Assembly (NCBI GenBank): GCA_030167145.1
Contig: CP126532.1
Span: forward strand, 3,240,001 to 3,272,000
From: Ktedonobacterales bacterium
GTDB lineage: Bacteria; Chloroflexota; Ktedonobacteria; Ktedonobacterales; JADMIN01
DNA length: 32,000 nucleotides
Reading direction: 5' to 3'
In this document: piece after piece, positions 15,340 to 23,542 of the stretch
Position numbering within the stretch: the stretch's first letter is position 1
Layout of the letters: each line of letters opens with the position of its first letter
Translations under genes and position numbers: made by a program
Notes under the pieces: generated by a model
Told to the model about the DNA's origin: nothing
The model's database searches: none
What the model saw: only the letters and a program-made list of their open reading frames with translations

Positions 15340-15496
15340 AGGTACTGTTACCGGCTGGTCTCGTATGCGCTGCTATCGCGCCACTTGGTCGCCTGTGGTG
15401 AATATTGCTATTCAGCGGAATATTCGAAGAGGGCGGAGATTTCAGCCGCCTATTCTCTGCGGCCTGCCCGATTGTGGAAAGCCTCCTTCTAGCTGG

Positions 15497-16306
15497 TTAT
15501 CTGGCTTTGGTGGCGCTGAATAGCCCGGTCTCCTTGGTGATATGGATAGCGCTGTCGGTGGCGATGCGCTGCTCGATGTCGCGAGTGAAGTGCGGGATCT
15601 GCTCTGGTGGCGGCGCAAAGCCACTGGGCATCGAGCGGACGTAGGCGACCAGTGGCGCGGCTTCGGTTATGCGCAACCCATCGTCGAAGCGTTCGATGGT
15701 GATGTCGCTGAAGCATGGGGCAAGCTGCTCCGCGCCGTTTTGCAGGGTGAAGCCCCTCAGCGGATAGGGAAACTCGTCAGATGCAGATGTGGGGAGATAG
15801 GGCGCGATCAACTCGGTCAGTTCGCGCATGTTGTTCTCGCCGTTGGTTGCAGCGAAGAGATGGCCGTCTGGGGTGAGGACGCGGGCTAGCTCAGCGATGG
15901 CGCGCGGGCGGTCGGGGACGTGGTACAGCATGTAGTTGGCGATGGCGGTATCGAATGAGGCATCGGCGAAGGGCAGCGCCTGGGTATCGGCGACCTGGAA
16001 GCTGAACTGCGCCTCGTGGCCCATGAGCGCGCTCTGTGCCGCTGCAATCATGCCCGGCGAGAAGTCGGTGAGAGTGACGCGCCAGCCTGCGGGCAGACGA
16101 TCCAGATTCTTGCGCCAGAGGTCAGCGGGGCCGCAGCCCACTTCGAGGATGCGCGCGTCGGGGCTGAGCGCGGCCAGCAGGTGATCGAAGAGCCAGCGGT
16201 GCAGATCGCCGGTGTTGGTGCTGAAGCGCTGGTGCAGGGCGATGCGCGAGTTGAGGTTGCTGGCGTCGCGGTATTGCTGGGTGCGCAGGTAGGTCGCATC
16301 GTTCAT
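15497..16306 (-). CDS. class I SAM-dependent methyltransferase
   Basis: Motif I ILEVGCGPADLW, then TLTDFSPGM, FDTAIANYMLYHV and LTPDGHLF. Start set at ATG 16306 (MNDATYL). The Arg-rich 133-aa extension in ORF 15497..16705 overlaps the hutU 3' end and is rejected. Confidence 0.85.
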   Translation of the reverse strand: MNDATYLRTQQYRDASNLNSRIALHQRFSTNTGDLHRWLFDHLLAALSPDARILEVGCGPADLWRKNLDRLPAGWRVTLTDFSPGMIAAAQSALMGHEAQFSFQVADTQALPFADASFDTAIANYMLYHVPDRPRAIAELARVLTPDGHLFAATNGENNMRELTELIAPYLPTSASDEFPYPLRGFTLQNGAEQLAPCFSDITIERFDDGLRITEAAPLVAYVRSMPSGFAPPPEQIPHFTRDIEQRIATDSAIHITKETGLFSATKAR

Positions 16307-16419
16307 ATCGGTCACGCGGGCAGTATCCTTTCGTAACCTAACCCCCGGCCCCTTCCCGCCTCGGAACGGCTCGGCGGGGCTGCGCTCCGCTTGCCCTACC
16401 AGGGAAGGGGAGTAGAGAA

Positions 16420-16438
16420 GGGCGTTCGCCAGACGCCC
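16420..16438 (-). terminator. weak terminator-like hairpin downstream of hutU
   Basis: Minus strand reads GGGCGT-CTGGCGA-ACGCCC followed by TTCTCT. The adjacent inverted repeat CCCCTTCCC...GGGAAGGGG (16349-16410) may form a second stem. Confidence 0.3.
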
Positions 16439-16482
16439 CCACGCTGGGGAGCAGAGATGGGCGTTGGGATGACGTCTGTATG

Positions 16483-18177
16483 TTATTGGCCGAGCATGGG
16501 AATGTTGACGCCGCGCTCGCGGGCGCAGGCGATGGCTTCGTCGTAGCCAGCGTCTACGTGGCGCATGACGCCAGTGCCGGGGTCGTTGGTGAGCACGCGC
16601 TGGAGCTTCGCGGCGGCTTCGTCGGTGCCGTCGGCGACGGTGACGACGCCCGCGTGCAGCGAGTAGCCGATGCCCACGCCGCCGCCATGATGGAACGAGA
16701 CCCACGAAGCGCCGCTGGCGGTGTTGAGCAGCGCGTTGAGGATCGGCCAGTCGCCGATGGCATCGGAGCCGTCGCGCATGCTTTCGGTCTCGCGGTAGGG
16801 CGAGGCGACGGAGCCGGAGTCGAGGTGGTCGCGGCCAATGACGATGGGCGCTTTGACCTCGCCGCGCCGCACCAGTTCGTTGAAGGCGACGCCCGCTTTG
16901 TCGCGCTCGCCGTAGCCCAGCCAGCAGATGCGCGCGGGCAGCCCCTGGAAGTGGATGCGCTCCTGGGCCATACGCATCCAGCGGGCGAGCGATTCGTCTT
17001 CGGGGAAGAGGCGCAAGATCTCTTCGTCGGTGCGGCGGATGTCGGCGGGGTCGCCAGAGAGCGCGACCCAGCGGAAGGGGCCTTTGCCGCGACAGAAGAG
17101 CGGACGTACGAAGGCGGGGACGAAGCCGGGGAAGTGCATGGCGTCTTCGACGCCGACGCGCAGCGCCTGGCCGCGGAGGTTGTTGCCGTAGTCGAAGACC
17201 ACCGCGCCCATTTCGTCGAAGTCGAGCATGGCGCGGACGTGGTCGGCCATGGACGCGAGGGAGCGGCGTTCGTACTCCTGCGGGTCGGTGCGGCGCAGTT
17301 CGGCGGCGGCATCTAGTGAGAGGCCGGCGGGGACGTAGCCGTTGAGGGCATCGTGTGCGGCGGTCTGGTCGGTGACAAGCTGGACATTGACGCCACGGCG
17401 CACCATCTCTGGCAGGATTTCGGCGGCGTTGCCGAGCAGGCCGATGCTCTTGGCGACGCCCTGCTGGCGGTAGTCGTCGGCGCGGCGCAGGGCTTCATCG
17501 AGGTCCGTGACCATTTCATCGAGGTAGCCGGTATCCAGACGGCGCTGGATGCGGGTGGGGTCCACTTCGATGGCGAGGCAGACGCCTTCGTTCATGGTGA
17601 CGGCGAGGGGCTGCGCGCCGCCCATGCCGCCGAGGCCAGCGGTGACGGTGAGCGTGTGCTTGAGGGTGCCGCCGTAGTGCTGGCGCGCGGCTTCGGCGAA
17701 GGTTTCGTAGGTGCCCTGGACGATGCCCTGCGAGCCGATGTAGATCCAGGAGCCTGCGGTCATCTGGCCGTACATGGTCAGCCCTTCGGCTTCGAGGCGG
17801 CGGAATTCGTCCCAGTTGGCCCAATGTGGCACGAGGTTGGAGTTGGCGATGAGCACGCGCGGCGCGCCGGGGTGGGTGCGGAAGATGCCGACTGGCTTGC
17901 CGGATTGCACGAGCAGTGTTTCGTCGTTTTCGAGCGAGCGGAGTGAGCGCACGATGGCGTCGAAGCATTCCCAGTTGCGCGCGGCTTTGCCGGAGCCGCC
18001 GTAGACGACGAGATCATCGGGGCGCTCGGCGACTTCGGGGTCGAGGTTGTTCATCAGCATGCGGAGCGCGGCTTCTTGCTGCCAGCCTTTGCATGAGATG
18101 TCGGTTCCACGCGGCGCGCGGACGGGGCGGGGTCCGCTGGTGGGGGTTGTGCTGGTATTGTCGTCGGTCTGCGTCAT
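16483..18177 (-). CDS. hutU: urocanate hydratase
   Basis: 564 aa with near-canonical HutU blocks: [112 protein letters not shown] 18177 follows GAGGAGA. Confidence 0.95.
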   Translation of the reverse strand: MTQTDDNTSTTPTSGPRPVRAPRGTDISCKGWQQEAALRMLMNNLDPEVAERPDDLVVYGGSGKAARNWECFDAIVRSLRSLENDETLLVQSGKPVGIFRTHPGAPRVLIANSNLVPHWANWDEFRRLEAEGLTMYGQMTAGSWIYIGSQGIVQGTYETFAEAARQHYGGTLKHTLTVTAGLGGMGGAQPLAVTMNEGVCLAIEVDPTRIQRRLDTGYLDEMVTDLDEALRRADDYRQQGVAKSIGLLGNAAEILPEMVRRGVNVQLVTDQTAAHDALNGYVPAGLSLDAAAELRRTDPQEYERRSLASMADHVRAMLDFDEMGAVVFDYGNNLRGQALRVGVEDAMHFPGFVPAFVRPLFCRGKGPFRWVALSGDPADIRRTDEEILRLFPEDESLARWMRMAQERIHFQGLPARICWLGYGERDKAGVAFNELVRRGEVKAPIVIGRDHLDSGSVASPYRETESMRDGSDAIGDWPILNALLNTASGASWVSFHHGGGVGIGYSLHAGVVTVADGTDEAAAKLQRVLTNDPGTGVMRHVDAGYDEAIACARERGVNIPMLGQ

Positions 18178-18189
18178 CGCGGTGTCTCC

Positions 18190-18905
18190 TCTACGATGGG
18201 GTGGGCTGGGATGGCGGCCATGAATGGGTCGCGGCCATGAATGGCCGGCGCACGGTGGCGAGGGGCTGAAGCCCAGGGATGTGTCGAGTGTTCGCCTTCG
18301 CACGATAGCATGGGAAGCGCGGGTGGGGCAAGGCAGTTGCCGATTTTGCCGATATTGCCGATATTGCGCGGTGGGCATGATGTGGCGGTAAGGGAAGCTC
18401 TCGGCCATGATTGGCGGGAGCACAGCAGGATGGGCATGAATGCCTGGAGTGGCCGAAATGGCCGATTTTGTGGCGAAGGTGAGGGGATGTGGCCGGAGAT
18501 GACTGGATATGGCCGGAGATTTTTCGCCGTTTTCGCCGCAATTGCGTATGCTCCCGGCCATAAATGGCCGGAGCACAGACGATATGGTATACATGCCAGA
18601 ATGAGCGTAGTGGGCGATGTTGCCAGAGTTGCCGATTCTGCCGAATTTCTGGATCGGGTACGGAGGGTGAGCGTGGGTGGTGTAGGAAGCTCCCAGCCTG
18701 AAGGCCGCGGCTAATCTCAATGGCAGGGTTGTGGCCGAAATGACCGTTTTGCGCGTGTGCGTAGTTGCCGATTCTGCCGATCTTGTGATGGGCGGGTGAT
18801 AGCAGTGGCCGAAATGGCCGATTTTCGCATGCTTTCGCAGGAGGGCAGACAAGAATGTCTGCTCCACACGTGGTGGCAGATATGAGTGGCCGATGTGGCC
18901 GATTT
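18190..18905 (-). repeat. repeat island 2: the same motif set as island 1, oriented toward hutU
   Basis: Plus-strand coordinates of reverse-complement motifs. M1 at 18336-18362 (3 units), 18628-18646 and 18764-18781. M2 at 18449-18466, 18731-18748, 18805-18822 and 18886-18903. M3 at 18520-18539. M4 hairpin at 18845-18862. M5-type palindromes at about 18205-18250, 18395-18450 and 18550-18580. Confidence 0.85.
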
Positions 18906-18956
18906 TTCATTTTTGCGCACTCCTTTGGCGTTCGGTGGCGTGGGGCTTATCGAGGT

Positions 18957-18965
18957 AGTGTAGCA
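18957..18965 (-). promoter_or_regulatory. extended -10-like element TGCTACACT heading repeat island 2
   Basis: The reverse complement of 18957-18965 is TGCTACACT, identical to 7117-7125. The surrounding ~125-nt header (18886-19012) aligns with 7078-7200. Confidence 0.3.
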
Positions 18966-19025
18966 TGCGAGGGTGGAGGGCGAGCGGACAATGCCGGTCA
19001 GGGGTGGACAGGAGATGACGGCGCG

Positions 19026-20306
19026 CTAGAAGTGGGGGCGCGAGGCGGGATCATCGTGCGTGGTGGTTGGCTTTTGCCAGGCTGCCATAGCTGGGACGGG
19101 CTGGCGCTGCGGCTGGTGTTGGGGTATGCGGCGGAATGGAGAGAGGGTGATACCGGCGCTGCGCAGATAGAGGACGCCGCAGAGTGTCCAGAGGAGCAGC
19201 GTCGCGAGGACGCTGGTGGCGTCGTTGAAGCGGATCAGCGTCATGGTGGCGTAGGCAGCGGCGAGCGCGGCGAGGGTGGACCAGCGTTGCCAGGGCAGGA
19301 GCCGTTGCTGCGGGTCGAGGGCGACATAGAGGCAGGCGGCGAAGGCGGGTAGCAGCCAGGTGAGGTAGAACCACCAGACCAGCGGCGAGAGCAGCAGCAT
19401 GGTGCAGAGCGCCCAGCCCAGCCCCAGCCAGGCATCGCCGCCTTTGCCCTTGCCCCGACTACCACGGCGCGCGGCCCAGAGCACGCCAGCGACGAAGCCA
19501 AGGAAGGCGAGCGCCGCAAAGGCGATACCGCCCGGCACGGCCGAGACCCAGAGGCCGTGGGATTGCCCCTGCACGGAATGGAGGCTGCCGAAGACGCCGT
19601 CAAGCAGCGTTTGCGGGCCGACGATGAGGGCCTGGGCGAGGACCAGCACGACGCCGGCTACCGCCGCTCCGGCAACCACACGCCACTGGCCGCGGAGCAG
19701 GAAATAGAGGATGAGGAAGGCGGGAAAGTATTTGATGAACGCGCCGAAGGCCAGCAGCGCGCCCGCGCTATACGCGCCAGAGGGCCGGTTGCGCTGCGCC
19801 AGGACCAGCGCGCCCAGGCAGCAGGCCAGCACGACGACATGGACCTGCCCGATCTCCAGCCCTTGCATGAGCGGGAGGAAGAAGGCCGAGAGCGCGGTGA
19901 CGGCAAGCGCCTGCCAGGGACCGATGGCCAGGGCGCGGCGCGCCATGACCAGCGTGCAGCCTGCCCAGAGGGCGATGGTCAGCGCATGCCAGAGATAGGT
20001 AGTGTAGGTGCAGGGGAGATAGGTGAAGGGGATCAGTAGAATAGCAAGCAGGGGGGGGTAGACGTACAGTGGATTATGCCAGGGCTTGCAGCCGCCATGC
20101 GCCTGGACGGTGGCGAGGAGGGTGTGGGCCTGGTAGATGTTGGCGTGGGGATCGAAGCGGAGGGCCTGCCCGGCGGCGAGGAAGATGCCGAAGTCGGAGC
20201 CGGTGCCGCCGCGTGGCAACTTGAGCAGCAGATAGGTGGCGAGCGTGGTCCAGGCGAGCGCCAGCAGCGCGGAGCCAGTGTAGAGCGCATACCGCCGCCA
20301 CTGCAT
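19026..20306 (-). CDS. polytopic membrane protein, DUF2029 / GT87-like glycosyltransferase
   Basis: About 10 hydrophobic helices. The N-terminal signature GTGSDFGIFLAAGQAL...YVYPPLLAILLIPF is typical of DUF2029 (PimE-like) proteins. Confidence 0.7.
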   Translation of the reverse strand: MQWRRYALYTGSALLALAWTTLATYLLLKLPRGGTGSDFGIFLAAGQALRFDPHANIYQAHTLLATVQAHGGCKPWHNPLYVYPPLLAILLIPFTYLPCTYTTYLWHALTIALWAGCTLVMARRALAIGPWQALAVTALSAFFLPLMQGLEIGQVHVVVLACCLGALVLAQRNRPSGAYSAGALLAFGAFIKYFPAFLILYFLLRGQWRVVAGAAVAGVVLVLAQALIVGPQTLLDGVFGSLHSVQGQSHGLWVSAVPGGIAFAALAFLGFVAGVLWAARRGSRGKGKGGDAWLGLGWALCTMLLLSPLVWWFYLTWLLPAFAACLYVALDPQQRLLPWQRWSTLAALAAAYATMTLIRFNDATSVLATLLLWTLCGVLYLRSAGITLSPFRRIPQHQPQRQPVPAMAAWQKPTTTHDDPASRPHF

Positions 20307-20479
20307 GATGATCTTCTCCCCTCGCCCACGTTCCCACTTACGTACTACCGAGGCATCTCAGCCTGCCTCGGCATGTCTATCATGCCACTGTGGCGGGGGC
20401 AGGGTCTACCGGGCAGGGCAAGAAGTCCTACTCGTCCCCGTCCGCCTACCAAGCTCACCAGGATAACCTGTTCACTCAG

Positions 20480-21829
20480 TTATGGCATACCTCTGGGCGT
20501 CGTAGGCACTGAGAAGGCATAGAACTTCTCATCCATGTTGCTCCCGTAATTGAAGACGCTTAGGTAAATCGCGCCATTTATCACTACTGGCGTCGAATCA
20601 ATAAGCCCGCCGGTGGCATACGTCCACAGTGGATTACATGTGCTGCTGCCACAGCCTGCTGCCTTAAAGGCGTAGAGCGTTCCATAGCTGGAACCAAAGT
20701 ATACGACGCCATTTGCAACCGACAGCGAGGAGGTGATGCCTTCATATTGTGCGGACACATGACCCGTCCAAGTCGGGGAGCAGGTCGCGCTGCCGCACCC
20801 TGCTGCTGGGAATGCATCGAGATTGCCGTCATCGGTACCCACATACAGGAGGCCATTCGCAACAGCAAGTGACCATGCATGGACCGTTCCGGCACTCGCT
20901 TGCCACAGTGGGGAGCAGGTCGCGCTGCCACAGCCGGCGGCAGAGTAGGCGAAGATCGTGCCATCTTCAGCACCTTCATAGACGATACCGTTCGCGATGG
21001 TCGGCGCGCTATCGCCACTTCCAGTGCTGGTCCAGAGCAGTGCGCCCGTGCTCGCATTGAACGCATAGAGTACATCAGCTCCTACATACACGACACCGTT
21101 CGCTAGTGCCGGTGCCCTGAAGAATGCGACACCAGCATTGAGCGGGGTACTCCAGAGCAGTGCGCCAGTCGTGGCGTTGTAGGCAGCGATGTTCGATCTG
21201 AAATTCGCGCCGACATAAATGACACCGTTTGCCACCATTGGATCGACTGCCTGGAAATTCTGGAGATAGACCTTCCACAGCGGGGCACAGGTCATCGCGC
21301 CACAGCCAGCGGCGTTGAAGGCATAGAGGTAGCCATCGCTCGCGGTGAAGTACAGGACACCGTTCACCACCGCAGGGGTGGAAATGCTGCTCCCCGAGGT
21401 CACGCTCGCACCCCAGCGTAACGCACCCGTCGCGGCGTCAAGTGCGTAGAATGTTCCGTTATCAGTTTCAGCGTAAGCGTTGCCACTTACCACAGCGAAC
21501 GACGCCGAACTCGGCACATCAGTCTCATCAGCCCACTTGACCGCTAGCTGCGAGACATTCCACGTTCCAATGGTGCGCTCGTAGGGATTGTAGCCAGTGT
21601 GCTGCGGCGAAAAGCCGAATTGCGACCATGTGCGTGGAAGGTATGGCACGCTCATCAGGGTACTCTGCTGCTGGCTGGCGGCTGCGCCACCGCGGCCGGA
21701 TGTGCTCGCGAGCCGCGTGGAGAGAGGGCTGGCCGCTGTCGCTTGTGCCGCGACTGGCAACGCACAGGCACCGATCACAACGCATAAAAGTGCGATGGCC
21801 ACTACATGTCGTATCATTCGCCGAATCAC
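20480..21829 (-). CDS. secreted PQQ-like beta-propeller repeat protein
   Basis: GTG start 7 nt after GGAGGAG. Signal peptide VVAIALLCVVIGACALPVAAQA. Repeated blades (NGVVYVG..DG.LYAF.A.TGALLW). The motif AAGCGxxTCxPLW occurs four times. Confidence 0.8.
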   Translation of the reverse strand: MIRRMIRHVVAIALLCVVIGACALPVAAQATAASPLSTRLASTSGRGGAAASQQQSTLMSVPYLPRTWSQFGFSPQHTGYNPYERTIGTWNVSQLAVKWADETDVPSSASFAVVSGNAYAETDNGTFYALDAATGALRWGASVTSGSSISTPAVVNGVLYFTASDGYLYAFNAAGCGAMTCAPLWKVYLQNFQAVDPMVANGVIYVGANFRSNIAAYNATTGALLWSTPLNAGVAFFRAPALANGVVYVGADVLYAFNASTGALLWTSTGSGDSAPTIANGIVYEGAEDGTIFAYSAAGCGSATCSPLWQASAGTVHAWSLAVANGLLYVGTDDGNLDAFPAAGCGSATCSPTWTGHVSAQYEGITSSLSVANGVVYFGSSYGTLYAFKAAGCGSSTCNPLWTYATGGLIDSTPVVINGAIYLSVFNYGSNMDEKFYAFSVPTTPRGMP

Positions 21830-22030
21830 TTGCTGTCTCCTCCAGTGTCAGACTGCTATGTCAGAAACAGTCACCGCGCGATATTTACTATAGAGATAGG
21901 GAGGGATCATGTCAAGCGAAATAGTGGTTGCGACATGTGATCGTAGTAGAGCCATAGACAAAGGGCGCATCACGCCAAATACCCAGCGACTTTAAGCGCC
22001 GATTGGCGAACTGTCATCGCTATACGCTGG

Positions 22031-22246
22031 CTACACTATGGGGTGCGGCAACGGCTCGTTGTGCTTACGAGCTGAAGCGATCAGGGCTTCCAGAGCTTTG
22101 CGTCCGCGCTGGATGGCCTGTTCGCAGGTGTTACTGCGGCTCACTGGCCCAAGCACGCGCTTGGCCCATTCTGGAAGGGTGACAAGATAGGTGTGGTCTT
22201 CATCGGACCATTGGATCAACATTGAGTAGTGTGGAGTGTCGCTCAT
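22031..22246 (-). CDS. HicB-like (UPF0150 / RNase H-like fold) small protein
   Basis: YSMLIQWSDEDHTYLVTLPEW...AIQRGRKALEALIASARKHNEPLPHP follows the short HicB-family pattern. The usual PGC.THG.T.EEA segment is replaced by GPVSRSNTCEQA. The ATG overlaps the upstream stop (ATGA). Confidence 0.6.
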   Translation of the reverse strand: MSDTPHYSMLIQWSDEDHTYLVTLPEWAKRVLGPVSRSNTCEQAIQRGRKALEALIASARKHNEPLPHPIV

Positions 22247-22716
22247 GGTTGTTCCCGCCTTCGCAGCCGATATAAGCCCAGTATCAAGACGACGATGCTA
22301 CACAATACAGCAATCATCATGAATGAACCTACCCATGCACCCACCGTGAGGTTAAGCCAAGACCTTCCACCCGCATCCGACAAGCACAGACAAGGATGTA
22401 CTGATGCACCGGAATATGCAGCGAAGAGAAGGCCGAACACGATGACCAGCACAGGGGCACACAATGCCAACATGAACAGATAGGCGCTGTATCCATTACC
22501 CGTTATCAGGTTGAGGATCTCATCTCGATGCGGGCCGTGTTCCCACTTCCAGAAGATCCGCACCACCGTCAACACGATGCCCAGGGCTACGAGTGGGACA
22601 TAGATACGCTTATCCTGAGTGAGCGCCAGCCCTCCTGCCGTGGCGATGCCTATAACACTGCTGCCGGCGAGTATGACCCACTGGATTTTTTGTGGCGGAG
22701 TCACGGCCATCGTCAC
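22243..22716 (-). CDS. integral membrane protein (4-5 TM), low GC, hypothetical
   Basis: 157 aa with hydrophobic helices IQWVILAGSSVIGIATAGGLAL, IYVPLVALGIVLTVVRIFW, YLFMLALCAPVLVIVFGLLFAAY and VGAWVGSFMMIAVLCSIVVLILGLY. A 60-nt sample gave 47% GC. Confidence 0.6.
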   Translation of the reverse strand: MTMAVTPPQKIQWVILAGSSVIGIATAGGLALTQDKRIYVPLVALGIVLTVVRIFWKWEHGPHRDEILNLITGNGYSAYLFMLALCAPVLVIVFGLLFAAYSGASVHPCLCLSDAGGRSWLNLTVGAWVGSFMMIAVLCSIVVLILGLYRLRRREQP

Positions 22717-22741
22717 TTCTCATGTGAATGCGAACGTTACA

Positions 22742-23542
22742 CTACCGCGCCAACGCGGCGGGCGTGGGGCGGTCGGTGGTGGGCAGGCCGAGGCGGCGCA
22801 GCATGACGTTGTGGGCCTGCCATTCCAGGTCGTCGGGCAGGGGGGTGAGAGCGGCAGGCGCGGATTCGCCACGGGCATGCGCGAGGGCGAGCGCGATGAT
22901 GCGGTCGGCTAGATGGGGGTTTTTGGGCAGCAGCGAACCGTGCAGATAGGTGCCATAGGCGTTCTTGTAGATCACGCCTTCGGTCTTGTCTTCGCTGTTG
23001 TTGCCGTGGCCCGCGAGCACACGCCCCAGCGGCGTGGCGCGTTCGCCCAGGTAGGTGCGGCCGCCGTGGTTCTCGAAGCCGACGAGGGTGGCGCCCTCCC
23101 AACTGAGGGCGACGTTGCCGATGCAGCGCGCGACCTGCTTGCCCTTGTGGATGGTCCAGGCGTCGAAGAGGCCGATGCCGGGGAGTTCTTCGCCCTCGGC
23201 GTCGCGATAGTAGTGGCAGAGCAGTTGATAGCCGCCACAGACCGCGAGCAGCGGCGTACCAGCGTCTATCGCCGCGCGCACGTTCGCGGCCTTCACGTCG
23301 CGCATATCACGGGCGACCTCGCCCTGCTCTTTGTCCTGGCCGCCGCCGATGAAGAAGAGATCGTAGGCGTCCGGGTCCACGGCATCGCCGACATCCAGCG
23401 GGAAGACGCGCAGGGTGATGCCGCGCCACTGGCAGCGTTGGGTGAGCGTGATGATGTTGCCACGGTCGCCGTAGACATTGAGCTGGTCGGGGTAGAGGTG
23501 CGCGAGCCGTATCACAGGCGCGGTGGGCGTGGTGTCATTCAT
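22742..23542 (-). CDS. gatD: lipid II isoglutaminyl synthase, glutaminase subunit (CobQ-type GATase)
   Basis: LYPDQLNVYGDRGN, FFIGGGQD, catalytic LAVCGGYQLL and YLHGSLLPKNP. Start set at ATG 23542 (MNDTTP), overlapping the murT stop by 8 nt. Confidence 0.85.
   Translation of the reverse strand: MNDTTPTAPVIRLAHLYPDQLNVYGDRGNIITLTQRCQWRGITLRVFPLDVGDAVDPDAYDLFFIGGGQDKEQGEVARDMRDVKAANVRAAIDAGTPLLAVCGGYQLLCHYYRDAEGEELPGIGLFDAWTIHKGKQVARCIGNVALSWEGATLVGFENHGGRTYLGERATPLGRVLAGHGNNSEDKTEGVIYKNAYGTYLHGSLLPKNPHLADRIIALALAHARGESAPAALTPLPDDLEWQAHNVMLRRLGLPTTDRPTPAALAR

Noticed and set aside
15340-15496. Bidirectional terminator between the convergent DUF309 and methyltransferase genes.
   Set aside because: The only candidate is a weak 5-bp stem (GGCGG 15432-15436 / CCGCC 15446-15450) with a poor T tract. 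That is not enough to call.
16307-16705. Upstream extension of the methyltransferase ORF (402 aa version).
   Set aside because: The extension is Arg/His-rich nonsense and overlaps the 3' end of hutU. The methyltransferase fold begins right after ATG 16306.
18178-18920. N-terminal 230-aa extension of the 794-aa hutU ORF, plus ORFs 18191..18910(-), 18241..18714(+) and 18717..18920(-).
   Set aside because: This is the same repeat-driven artefact. HutU homology starts at MTQTDDN (ATG 18177), which is preceded by GAGGAGA.
20348-20371. Hairpin CCGAGGCA-N8-TGCCTCGG between the PQQ gene and the GT87 gene, as a terminator.
   Set aside because: The 8-bp stem is good, but no U-tract follows on the minus (transcribed) strand. 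I left it uncalled.
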